DNA from: Pseudomonadota bacterium
GTDB lineage: Bacteria > Pseudomonadota > Gammaproteobacteria > UBA9214
Direction: 5' to 3'
Length of the DNA stretch: 54,641 bases
Assembly: GCA_029287615.1 (NCBI GenBank)
Contig: JARFQV010000200.1
Coordinates: 1-54,641 of the forward strand
Part shown: piece by piece, positions 29,380 through 38,486 of the stretch
Numbering within the stretch: position 1 is the first letter of the stretch
Layout: the number at the start of each line of letters is the position of its first letter
Made by a program: the position numbers and the translations under genes
The notes under the pieces: model-generated
The model's database searches: none
Seen by the model: the letters and a program-made list of their open reading frames with translations, nothing else
Told to the model about the DNA's origin: nothing

Positions 29380-31575
29380 TCATTCCTTTCTGTTACCGGC
29401 CAGGAAGATATCGGAATCCTGTGCCTCGTGCTGCCGCGTCCGCAGGGTGGGCGCCGCCTTCCTCAGTTCCGTCGCCATCTCCTGGATGGGACGGTTGGAC
29501 TTCGGCGCCGCCTGTCCCGATGCGATATGAGGCCACAGGGCGGTACGAAGCGCCGGTGGCAACAGGTTGTCCAGGTATTCGAGCGCCGTTCCGCTCAAGG
29601 CACGGTTCCCGCTGCCAAGCGCCTGGTAGCAAAGCTCGAATACATCCGGACCATAGACCAGTCCCAGCAGATTGAACACATGAGAGAGCGGGTCATGGCC
29701 ACCCGTCCGCCCGGTATCTGTCCCGCTGGTTTCGCGATCCGGCTCGTGCTGACCCATGGCACCGACTTCCCGTTCCACGATCTTCATCAGGATTTCCTTG
29801 GGAATACGCAGCTGCGGGTGATTCTCGCTGATCTTCCGCAGTGCCTGCCCGCAGCGATAGCGTACATCCCGGTCCGTATCGGCAAGCCCCTCCAGCAGTC
29901 CATCGACTGCACGCTGATTATCGGCCTGACTCAGGACCAGGGGAAGACGGCGCCGGATCACCGCATTTTGACGATGATCCAGCAGGGCATCCACCAGCTG
30001 CCCGGTTGCCGTGGACACCTGGGGTCGAATGGAACGGAACACATCACGCAACACGCGTTGCTCGGCGAGCAACGGGATGACGTGGGGCAGCAGCGCAGGG
30101 GTCAGGGCCTGACCGATCAATACCCTGCTGATACGTGAGGGATCCTGGCTGCGCAAATCCACAATGGCCTGGACCGTCGGATCGCCGCTCTCGGCCGGTG
30201 GTACCGGCTGACCGGGGTTCGCTGCCGGCTGTTCCCCCTGGCGCGACAGACTGATCTCCCTGAGCAGGGTATCCCGCTCCAGCGCTGTCTGTGTCAGGGC
30301 AATCGTATGCCGGGTGGTGGCATCCATCACCTTGATATCATCGGCCTGCAATGTCCCGTTGCGCAGATTTTCCGCCAGTTGCTGCACATAACCCTGGTGC
30401 AGCATGTAGATGACGAACAGGGTAAGGGCCGCCAGCAGGATGCTGGTGATCAGCAGGATATTTCCGGTTGCGACGGGCACCAGCAGAATCACCATGACGA
30501 GCAGGCTGCCGATCATCTCGCCGGTGCGTTCCACCCCGACATCGATCAGGATCTTGCTGGTGCGCTTTTCCGCTGCCGGAACCGGTGTATAAACCGCCTC
30601 GGAGCCCGCGCGGAAAAACGAGTTAACCAACAGACTGGTACCACCGCGCAGCAGGGCCACGGTAATCAGTTGTCTGATTGCGATGGCAAACAAACCACCG
30701 GCCATAACCACCAGCGGGAGAACGGCCATGGTCCCGCCGATACCGAATCTGCGCAAGGCCTTGTCCCCGACCAGACCCTGCAGTAAAAATCCGCCGAGGC
30801 CCACCGCCATGTAAAAATAGGAGAAAAAATTGATCAGCTGGTCATCCGACAGGGTGCTCGCGGCCATGGACTTCATCAGGTAGTCGAGCAGGGCCACGAT
30901 AATCGCGATCAATACCACCACGATAGCCATGCGCCGGATGAGCGTATTGTTCTTGAGTGGCGCCAGGATGAAACCCACTGCCTTGCCCTGCTGTGCATGC
31001 CGTTGCTCACCCCGGGTCACAACCGCCAGCGTCAGGGCACAGAACAGGTGCATGATTCCCAGCATCATCAGGACGGCATGCAAATCGCTCGCACCGGCAA
31101 CCGTCTTCGCCGCCAGCCCCCCCAGCAACCCGCCGAGGGTGGCTGCGGCTGCGAGACGCGCGATCTTTCGTTTCGCCGTGTAGGGATCGAAACGCTCATT
31201 GATCACCGACCAGAATCCACTGATCAGAATGGCTCCCAGAACCGTGACATGCAGATACAAAACGATGGCAATGGCACTGGGCAGATAATCCATGAGCAGC
31301 CATTCGATGCTGAACAGGATACCGCTCGTCATAAAAATACGCGGCACCAGCCATGCCGGACCCAGGCGAGTCATCAATCGCGACATGGACAATACCGCCA
31401 CCACCGAAAGAAAGGCACTGACCATCATCATTCGCGGCAGCAGTTCAACGTTGAACAGGGTGAGAAACAGGGCATCCCGCGTGGCCTTCCCGGCCACGTG
31501 ATGGGCGATCATCACGGTCGCGGTGAGAATGGCGGCAATGGTTACCGTGGTGGTATCGGATCGGTTCTTTTCCAT
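29380..31575 (-). CDS. 12-TM MFS-type transporter resembling TLC/Npt nucleotide transporters, fused to a C-terminal HEAT/ARM-like repeat domain
   Basis: 731 aa. About 430 aa are polytopic membrane sequence with the N-terminal KATRDALFLTLFNVELLP motif seen in TLC-like carriers. About 300 aa of helical repeats follow, with HEAT-like units (...LLEGLADTDRDVRYRCGQALRKI...). The subfamily call is from memory and unverified. Confidence 0.55.
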   Translation of the reverse strand: MEKNRSDTTTVTIAAILTATVMIAHHVAGKATRDALFLTLFNVELLPRMMMVSAFLSVVAVLSMSRLMTRLGPAWLVPRIFMTSGILFSIEWLLMDYLPSAIAIVLYLHVTVLGAILISGFWSVINERFDPYTAKRKIARLAAAATLGGLLGGLAAKTVAGASDLHAVLMMLGIMHLFCALTLAVVTRGEQRHAQQGKAVGFILAPLKNNTLIRRMAIVVVLIAIIVALLDYLMKSMAASTLSDDQLINFFSYFYMAVGLGGFLLQGLVGDKALRRFGIGGTMAVLPLVVMAGGLFAIAIRQLITVALLRGGTSLLVNSFFRAGSEAVYTPVPAAEKRTSKILIDVGVERTGEMIGSLLVMVILLVPVATGNILLITSILLAALTLFVIYMLHQGYVQQLAENLRNGTLQADDIKVMDATTRHTIALTQTALERDTLLREISLSRQGEQPAANPGQPVPPAESGDPTVQAIVDLRSQDPSRISRVLIGQALTPALLPHVIPLLAEQRVLRDVFRSIRPQVSTATGQLVDALLDHRQNAVIRRRLPLVLSQADNQRAVDGLLEGLADTDRDVRYRCGQALRKISENHPQLRIPKEILMKIVEREVGAMGQHEPDRETSGTDTGRTGGHDPLSHVFNLLGLVYGPDVFELCYQALGSGNRALSGTALEYLDNLLPPALRTALWPHIASGQAAPKSNRPIQEMATELRKAAPTLRTRQHEAQDSDIFLAGNRKE

Positions 31576-32011
31576 CTGCGATCTGGATTTTCAGGACTTT
31601 TTCAGGATTGGGATCCACCGGAATCAACAGGCATTGTAAGTGACTTTCCATTCAATTGACATTCGTATGACACGCCACCCTGCCACTCCAGGCCGTTGCG
31701 AGAATTACCTTATCAAGCAGCAGGCAGCGGATCCCGTCGCGATTGCCTGTCAACACCACTCGCACCGCGAGCGACCGTGTTATCCCGTCCGGATCCCGAA
31801 CAATGTCCTGTTTTCGTGTCGAATTCGGGAGATTACCTCGCCCCGTGCGCGGGGACCGGAAATCAGGGACTGCACAGCTAGGCCCGGGGCACTATCCCGA
31901 TTGACTTTTCCGGCACGACGCTTCACCCTTCCTTCCTGTGGGAAATCGGAAACGGAACAACTGAAACGAGTTTCCGGAACGCTCAACCAGAGAATCGCAG
32001 GAATCCCTTCC

Positions 32012-34933
32012 ATGTATCCTAAAATACCCGTTTTGACTGCCCTGCTGGCATTGCTCGTCACCATTCATTCACCTGATACTTCAGCACTTGCCCCGGATCA
32101 GGCAAGGGAATATATCGTTGAAATGAAGACGGCGCCACGCGGACCCTTCACCCGCATCCGCTGGTACTGCAATGATGGCGCGGTCCTGCCGCCCAAGGCC
32201 TTTGCCTGTGCAGAACGCGGCGGGGGTATCCAGCATGGCGAGTGGAGCGACAAAACGAAACAACTGCGGGATCACGGCTACCTGATTGCAAATTTTCTCG
32301 CAGGAGTGGATGCCGGGGCACTGGTACAACAGGCGGATTTCCCTCAACTCTACAATCAACTGCTACTGGAACAGTTCCTGATTCGACAGGACGACGGCTG
32401 GATCCTGCGCAAGGCCCGCTATTACCGGGGTGCATACCAGGTTGAGGACGAGGCGCAGGGAGCGCGGGAACTGCTGCACGCCCTTCTCGCCGACGATGAC
32501 TGGGTAGAACACCGATTCCTCCCGCTGCGCGCCGGGGCCCGGCTATTACCCTGGAAGGCAGACAGCGCCTCCATCGCCGGTGTGCGCCAGGACTCATCGG
32601 CACTTGCCGATCTGGACTCCGGCTTCATGCCGCTCAAGAACAAGATCCACAACCGGCCGGATGCAGAGGATGCGGCAAGGGTGCGGGAGTACTCGGCGAG
32701 TGTACAGGACAAAAAGCTGGAAGAACGCTTTATCGCCCTGGCCGATGCCATCGACGCCATCTACCAGGCAGATCGCCTGAATGAGACGGCCCGGGAGTTG
32801 CAGAAGAGGCTCCCGGCGGACGAGGTACTGGCCGGTTTCCTGGAAACATCGTTGCAACAGCTCGCCGACCCGGATCCGCTGGTCCGCTACGGAACCAGTG
32901 CACAGATACTCGCCAAGCTCAGAGACCGGATGCCGGCCCTGAAGGATGTCGATACCCGCTTTGCCGCACTGCAGCTCAGCCTGGAGGTAGAACTGGCCAA
33001 CTATCGCGCCTCGACCGAGCTGATAGAAAAGGTGAACCGGCAAACCAGGGCAGCGGACGTGGAATGGATGGGCTACGGGTTGCAGGCCCTCTACGGAGTG
33101 GGCCTGATCTCTGCACGTCAGCTGGAGGCAACGCTGAAGTCGCTCGAACCATTGCATGGCAGGCAGATCAAGGCCGGCGACTACAAGCGGGAACTGGATT
33201 ACCTGGCCCATGTACCGGCCTGGGGCAGCCGCTGGTTGATGTTCTATTTCGGCGAGACCCTGGACCACTGGCGTGCGATTGAGCCGGAAGTCGACCTTTT
33301 CCCCCAGGACCAGTTGCGGGGCAGCCCCCTGCTGTTCTACTCCCGGGTACTGGATGTACTGCTCGTCGATGCCAACCGCCTGTTTGGCGTCCGTCACAGC
33401 CTGTTCGGTGAAGATCTTGGCAGCGGGCTGCGGGCCCTCAATCCGGGACTGGCACGCGGTGTGCTGCGGGAACCCCCCGGAGAGGGTGAGGAATACGACG
33501 CGGAGGGTATATACCTGCTGCCACACACCACCGCCGAGCTACCCCCGGTTGCGGGCATACTGACCGCCGGCGAAGGTAATCCCCTCTCCCATGTCCAGCT
33601 GCTGGCCCGAAATCTCGGCATCCCCAATGTGGCCGTGGATGAACACCTCATCGAAACCGTCCGGAAACAGACTGGCAAAACGGTTATCCTGGCGGTCAGT
33701 CCCGGGGGAATTATCGAACTGGAGGAGGACCATGGCCAGCTGGACAAGGTCTTTGATGATGGTGGCGATGCAGATCAACAGGCGCTGATTCGCCCGGATC
33801 TGGAGAAACTGAATCTGGAAGAGACCCGTATACTGAGCCTGGATGAACTGCGCGCCAGCGACTCCGGCCGGGTGGTCGGTCCGAAGGCGGCCAAATTGGG
33901 AGAACTCCACCACCATTATCCCCAGTCAGTGACGCAAGGCGTGGCCATCCCCTTCGGTATCTTCCGCCAGATGCTGGACCAGCCCATGCCAGGGGAGAAA
34001 GGAACGGTATTTGAATGGATGACGGCTGAATACGACCGTCTCGGCAAGCTGCCGGAAGGTTCGAAACAGCGTGCGGAGGAAACCGAGTCATTCCGTGCCA
34101 GCCTGCAGGACTGGGTTATGAATGCAGATCCGGGTGATGATTTTCGCCAGCGCCTGCGGAGCAGAATGACCGAGGTCTTCGGAAAGGACGGCAGCTACGG
34201 GGTATTTATCCGCAGTGATACCAATGTGGAGGACCTGCCGGGCTTTACCGGAGCGGGCCTGAATCTGACCCTGCCCAATGTGGTGGGATTCGACAAGGTG
34301 GCAGAGGGCATACCGCGCGTGTGGGCCTCCCCGTTCAGCAAGCGTGCCTTTGCCTGGCGCCAGTCACACATGGACGACCCGGAGAACGTTTACCCGGCAG
34401 TACTGCTGCTGCAGAGTGTGCCATCTGAAAAATCAGGCGTACTGGTCACACAGGACATCGATACGGGAGATCGGAACTGGCTCTCGGTCGCCGTCCAGGA
34501 AGGGGTTGGCGGGGCTGTGGACGGGGAAGCCGCGGAGTCGCTGCGTATCGATGTGAAGACCGGGGAGGTTCGACTGCTTGCCCAGGCCACCGCACCCCTG
34601 CGCACGGACATAGACTCCGGTGGGGGGGTACGCAATATGCCGGTCAGCACCTCCGACCGGGTATTGACCGATGACGAGATCCGCCAGCTTATCGAATTGA
34701 GCAATGACCTGCCCGGGCGCTTCCCGCCGATCATCGACGCACAGGGCAACCCCGCACCGGCTGATATCGAGTTTGGCTTTCTGGATGGCAAGCTGCGCCT
34801 GTTCCAGCTGCGCCCCTTTCTGGAGAGCCAGCAGGCCCAGCGCAGCCAGTACCTGAGCAAGATGGACGCCGGTCTCAAGAAGCCGCATTCAAACACCGTG
34901 GACCTGAAATCCCCCCCGCTGTCGGGGCAATAA
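32012..34933 (+). CDS. Exported PEP-utilizing-family dikinase-like protein: signal peptide, ~480-aa unknown domain, swivel phospho-His domain, C-terminal PPDK_N ATP-grasp domain
   Basis: The track ORF starts at GTG 31640, but the first 124 aa are R/C-rich junk. ATG 32012 gives MYPKIPVLTALLALLVTIHSPDTSALA. The swivel motif is PPVAGILTAGEGNPLSHVQLLARNLGIPNVAV, with the His codon at 33590-33592. ATP-grasp motifs are VGPKAAKLGEL, FIRSDTNVEDLPGFTGAGLN, VWASPFSKRAFAWRQ, SGVLVTQD and DIEFGFLDGKLRLFQLRP. No PEP-utilizers_C TIM-barrel domain is present. Confidence 0.75.
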   Translation: MYPKIPVLTALLALLVTIHSPDTSALAPDQAREYIVEMKTAPRGPFTRIRWYCNDGAVLPPKAFACAERGGGIQHGEWSDKTKQLRDHGYLIANFLAGVDAGALVQQADFPQLYNQLLLEQFLIRQDDGWILRKARYYRGAYQVEDEAQGARELLHALLADDDWVEHRFLPLRAGARLLPWKADSASIAGVRQDSSALADLDSGFMPLKNKIHNRPDAEDAARVREYSASVQDKKLEERFIALADAIDAIYQADRLNETARELQKRLPADEVLAGFLETSLQQLADPDPLVRYGTSAQILAKLRDRMPALKDVDTRFAALQLSLEVELANYRASTELIEKVNRQTRAADVEWMGYGLQALYGVGLISARQLEATLKSLEPLHGRQIKAGDYKRELDYLAHVPAWGSRWLMFYFGETLDHWRAIEPEVDLFPQDQLRGSPLLFYSRVLDVLLVDANRLFGVRHSLFGEDLGSGLRALNPGLARGVLREPPGEGEEYDAEGIYLLPHTTAELPPVAGILTAGEGNPLSHVQLLARNLGIPNVAVDEHLIETVRKQTGKTVILAVSPGGIIELEEDHGQLDKVFDDGGDADQQALIRPDLEKLNLEETRILSLDELRASDSGRVVGPKAAKLGELHHHYPQSVTQGVAIPFGIFRQMLDQPMPGEKGTVFEWMTAEYDRLGKLPEGSKQRAEETESFRASLQDWVMNADPGDDFRQRLRSRMTEVFGKDGSYGVFIRSDTNVEDLPGFTGAGLNLTLPNVVGFDKVAEGIPRVWASPFSKRAFAWRQSHMDDPENVYPAVLLLQSVPSEKSGVLVTQDIDTGDRNWLSVAVQEGVGGAVDGEAAESLRIDVKTGEVRLLAQATAPLRTDIDSGGGVRNMPVSTSDRVLTDDEIRQLIELSNDLPGRFPPIIDAQGNPAPADIEFGFLDGKLRLFQLRPFLESQQAQRSQYLSKMDAGLKKPHSNTVDLKSPPLSGQ

Positions 34934-35099
34934 TGCACACGGATATCTCCGCCATGGTCAATAAACGGGGATCGGGTACCGTGCGCATGCGCACACCTGA
35001 CTGCCGGAATCAGACAGGCAATCATGCCTGACACCATCGATCCCCCGCTATCGATCCACCGGTATAAAACGGCTTCTGAAAACCGGGCTTCCAATCCTG

Positions 35100-36419
35100 A
35101 TGAACAACAGGCGGTTCATTTATTATTTCGTCATAGCCCTCTTTATCTATCTTGTACTGGAGTCCACGACCTACGCACTGTATTACCTGAGGCAGGATAA
35201 ACCACTCTCATTCTCTGAGCTTCGGGAACAGCGCCAGGTGATCGCCAGGGAAAAGCCGGTCTCCCTTTCCGGTGAACCGGGTGCACTTGAGAATCCTTGT
35301 TACACAGAGGTGCTTCATCCTTACCTTGGTTTTGTTCGCGCCGTGCAGGAAGTGCCAAAAGGTGGTGAAGACTGCGATGCCGTGGATCTCTATGCGTACG
35401 AGTTCGGTTTTCCCGACCCGGATGTAGCCATATACTCCAGGCAGGCAAACAGGGTGATCGTCGGTATCTTCGGCGGCTCGTTTGCGCAGGGCCTCTCACT
35501 CAAGGCAGAAGACATCCTGATCGACGAACTGCGACTGTCTCCCTGTTTCGCCGGTAAAACCATCGAGGTGTTGACGCTGGCGATGGGCGGTTACAAACAA
35601 CCGCAACAGCTGCTCACCCTGGCCTACTTCCTTTCACTGGGTGCCCATTTTGACGTGGTCATCAATATCGACGGCTTCAATGAAGTCGTCCTGCCAGCCA
35701 CAGAGAACATAGCAAAACAGGTTTTCCCTTTTTACCCGAGGAACTGGTTTGGAAGGGTGGAAAAGTTCGATCCCGCTATGCTGACATTCACGGCAAGACG
35801 TGATCAGCTCACAGAAAAACGCAGCGAGTGGGCTGCACTATTCCTGAATCCACTGCGTTTCAGTATCACTGCGAATGTCATATGGTGGGCATATGACCGG
35901 TTATTATCCGGCAGAATCGCCAATCTCCAGATCGACGCGCTTGAATATGAACCCGCCGAAAATACCGGCGATACCGTATCAGGACCCGATTTTCACTATG
36001 CCGATGACGAAGCGCTTTATTCCGGGTTGGCCACGGTATGGAAGGATGCATCGATACAAATGGGGAGGCTCGTCGCTGCCAATGACGGCCTGTATCTGCA
36101 TTTTCTGCAGCCCAACCAGTATGTTCCTGACAGCAAACCCATGCACGAGGCAGAGCGAAAACTGGCGTTGCACGCTGACCACCCCTATCGAAAGAGTGTT
36201 GAAAATGGATACCCGGCTCTGATAGAAGCTGGCAGACAGTTGAAGGATGAGGGCATCCGGTTCCATGACCTGACGCAACTCTTCAGGGGCCACCGGGAAG
36301 CTCTCTATGTAGACGATTGTTGCCACCTGGAAAGACCGGGTTACGGAATGATCAACCGGGTGATTGCGCAGGAAATCAGGGGAATCCTTGAATCAGCGGA
36401 GGCTGGTTGCAGGCAGTGA
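35100..36419 (+). CDS. Membrane-anchored SGNH/DltD-like protein (putative esterase or O-acyltransferase)
   Basis: 439 aa with an N-terminal TM helix (FIYYFVIALFIYLVLESTTYALYYL). SGNH-like blocks occur in the right order: VGIFGGSFAQG (block I-like), VINIDGFNEV (block III-like) and YVDDCCHLERPGY (DxxH, block V). Pattern-level call only. Confidence 0.4.
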   Translation: MNNRRFIYYFVIALFIYLVLESTTYALYYLRQDKPLSFSELREQRQVIAREKPVSLSGEPGALENPCYTEVLHPYLGFVRAVQEVPKGGEDCDAVDLYAYEFGFPDPDVAIYSRQANRVIVGIFGGSFAQGLSLKAEDILIDELRLSPCFAGKTIEVLTLAMGGYKQPQQLLTLAYFLSLGAHFDVVINIDGFNEVVLPATENIAKQVFPFYPRNWFGRVEKFDPAMLTFTARRDQLTEKRSEWAALFLNPLRFSITANVIWWAYDRLLSGRIANLQIDALEYEPAENTGDTVSGPDFHYADDEALYSGLATVWKDASIQMGRLVAANDGLYLHFLQPNQYVPDSKPMHEAERKLALHADHPYRKSVENGYPALIEAGRQLKDEGIRFHDLTQLFRGHREALYVDDCCHLERPGYGMINRVIAQEIRGILESAEAGCRQ

Positions 36420-36472
36420 TCCCGGTATCGGAGTTCGGGAACCTGCTGCCCCTGGCGGGACGGCAGGATTTA

Positions 36473-36985
36473 TCAGGGAACGCCGGATTCCCGTAACCAT
36501 TGCCGGACGGTATCACCGTCCGGTACGTAATCGATGTTGAAGATGCGCTTTCTCTCCAGTATCGAGTCGCAGCAAACATCGACCGCCGCCGCCAGGGTGA
36601 TTCCGGATCTTTCAAATTCTTCCCGATACCAGACCTTGCAGATTATCTTGCAGCTGAAATATTCCCTGCCGCCAGGATGCAGGGCATGCAACCAGGCCGC
36701 GAACCCAATCATTCTCCGTACCGTATCCGGCAAAAGCAGGGGCCCGGCCTCCGGGAGTCCGGAGAGCAGCTCTCCCGCATGATTGATAGCCGCGAGTATT
36801 CGATTCGTATCTAGCAGAGAAGTCCTCTGCGGCGTAGCATACCCGCGAAGGATATCGAGATCCCGTTGATTCCCCTCATCCGGCCGGGCCTCCAACTGTG
36901 AGCGATGCTTCGGGACTATCTGTCCGGTATTGCCGGTACGGCTCTTAGGCAGGTAATGGTTATGATATTTTGTCGGTCTGTTCAT
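36473..36985 (-). CDS. Hypothetical protein
   Basis: The track ORF starts at TTG 37054. The first ATG (36985) gives MNRPTKYHNHYLPKSRTGN.... I recognise no family. The coding call rests on ORF length only. Confidence 0.35.
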   Translation of the reverse strand: MNRPTKYHNHYLPKSRTGNTGQIVPKHRSQLEARPDEGNQRDLDILRGYATPQRTSLLDTNRILAAINHAGELLSGLPEAGPLLLPDTVRRMIGFAAWLHALHPGGREYFSCKIICKVWYREEFERSGITLAAAVDVCCDSILERKRIFNIDYVPDGDTVRQWLRESGVP

Positions 36986-37462
36986 CAACGAATACCATCT
37001 GGTGACCCCGTCACAGGCCAGTCTCTGCCGCTTGATGTTCAATCCTGTGTTCAACCGGCCGCCTCAACAAATGACTGCGTCCCGGCTCACGGCAAGCATC
37101 TACTGCCGTTTTACTGACAGGGGCATTTCAACAGTTCCCTCTTTATGGATGCTACTGGTTCAGTGAAAAATCGTATATTGTCCCGTGGTACATGCTTTTG
37201 CGTGAAATCGAATCATCGCCGGTACCCGGGCTGAAAAAAGAGGCACTGGATGCGGGTCTGTCCGGCCGGTTCCGGGCTGATTACCGGAAGATGGCGAGGT
37301 CCAGTACGAGGCATCCCTTTTCGATAAGGCGAAACTGGCAGACCAGCATGGCGTGCTACCGGCGTCACTGGAAAGGGGCGTTGCGGGTCATTATGATAGT
37401 GCGGGTCCTCGTCTCATTCACTGTACAGTCGGCATACCATTGAGGAAATATCCATAACACGC

Positions 37463-38461
37463 ATGAAAGCCATACACATGATCAAGGCGGGTCCCGCCTC
37501 CACAGCATTGCGGAGCGTCGAGATACCGGAACCCGAAATCCTCACCCCTACCCAGATCAAGGTGCAGCTCAAGGCAGCGGGAGTCAATCCCGTCGATACC
37601 AAGCTGCGCGAGCGTGGTGTCTTCTATCCGGATGCCCTCCCCGCGATCCTTGGCTGTGACGGCGCTGGCATTGTCACCGGGACCGGCCGGGATGCCGGGC
37701 GCTTCCGGCCTGGTGACGCCGTCTGGTTCTGCCATGGTGGCCTGGGCGGCGCCCAGGGCAACTATGCCGGCTACACGGTACTGGACGAATCCGAGGCGGC
37801 AGCCAAACCCGCGCAACTGGACTTTGAAGAGGCGGCGGCGCTGCCACTGGTCCTGATCACTGCCTGGGAGGCCCTCTTCGACCGTGCCAGGCTGATCGAA
37901 GGCCAAACGGTCCTGGTTCATGCCGGTGCCGGGGGCGTCGGACATGTCGCCATCCAGTTGGCCAAGACCGCCGGTGCCCGGGTTGCTACGACGGTGAGCA
38001 ACCCGGAAAAGGCCGACTTCGTCAGGCAACTCGGCGCAGATCACGTCATCCCCTATCGGGACCGTGACTTCGTGGAAGACGTGATGGAATGGACCGGTGG
38101 ACAAGGCATCGACGTCGTCCTTGACAGCCTCGGTGGTGAAACCTTCCGCAAGAGCCTCGATGCCGCCTGCGTCTATGGACAGATCGTCACGCTACTCGAC
38201 CCGGGTAATGACATAGACTGGAGAACCGCGCGCAACCGGAATCTCGGTATCCACTTCACACTCATGTTGACGCCAATGCTGCAGGACCTGCCCCGGGCAC
38301 GCCAGCATCAGGTCGATATACTAGCGCGCTGCGCGGAGCTGGTTGCAGAGCGTAAACTGCGTCCCCATGTGTCGCTGGTACTGCCACTGGAGGACACCGC
38401 CAGGGCGCACGAGCTTGTCGAAGACGGGCATGTCCAGGGCAAGATCGTACTGAAGATCTGA
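37463..38461 (+). CDS. Zinc-type alcohol dehydrogenase / quinone oxidoreductase (MDR superfamily)
   Basis: 332 aa. It contains KAAGVNPVDTKLR, a GroES-like N-domain, the Rossmann motif VHAGAGGVGHVAIQLAK, and the C-terminal GHVQGKIVLKI. Confidence 0.85.
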   Translation: MKAIHMIKAGPASTALRSVEIPEPEILTPTQIKVQLKAAGVNPVDTKLRERGVFYPDALPAILGCDGAGIVTGTGRDAGRFRPGDAVWFCHGGLGGAQGNYAGYTVLDESEAAAKPAQLDFEEAAALPLVLITAWEALFDRARLIEGQTVLVHAGAGGVGHVAIQLAKTAGARVATTVSNPEKADFVRQLGADHVIPYRDRDFVEDVMEWTGGQGIDVVLDSLGGETFRKSLDAACVYGQIVTLLDPGNDIDWRTARNRNLGIHFTLMLTPMLQDLPRARQHQVDILARCAELVAERKLRPHVSLVLPLEDTARAHELVEDGHVQGKIVLKI

Positions 38462-38486
38462 GTTCCTCCTGGCTAGCCCCTGCATT

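Noticed and set aside
31640-32011. 124-codon N-terminal extension of the dikinase ORF (GTG start in the ORF track).
   Set aside because: The extension is R/C/P-rich and unlike real protein. A proper signal peptide begins at ATG 32012, and the extension would eat most of the divergent promoter region.
37192-37462. 83-aa ORF, plus an adjacent frame reading ...PEDGEVQYEASLFDKAKLADQHGVLPASLERGVAGHYDSAGPRLIHCTVGIP that looks protein-like. Possibly a frameshifted gene fossil upstream of the oxidoreductase.
   Set aside because: I cannot assign either piece to a family. There is no start codon for the second frame, and the evidence is only my impression of composition. A BLASTX of 37100-37462 would settle it.
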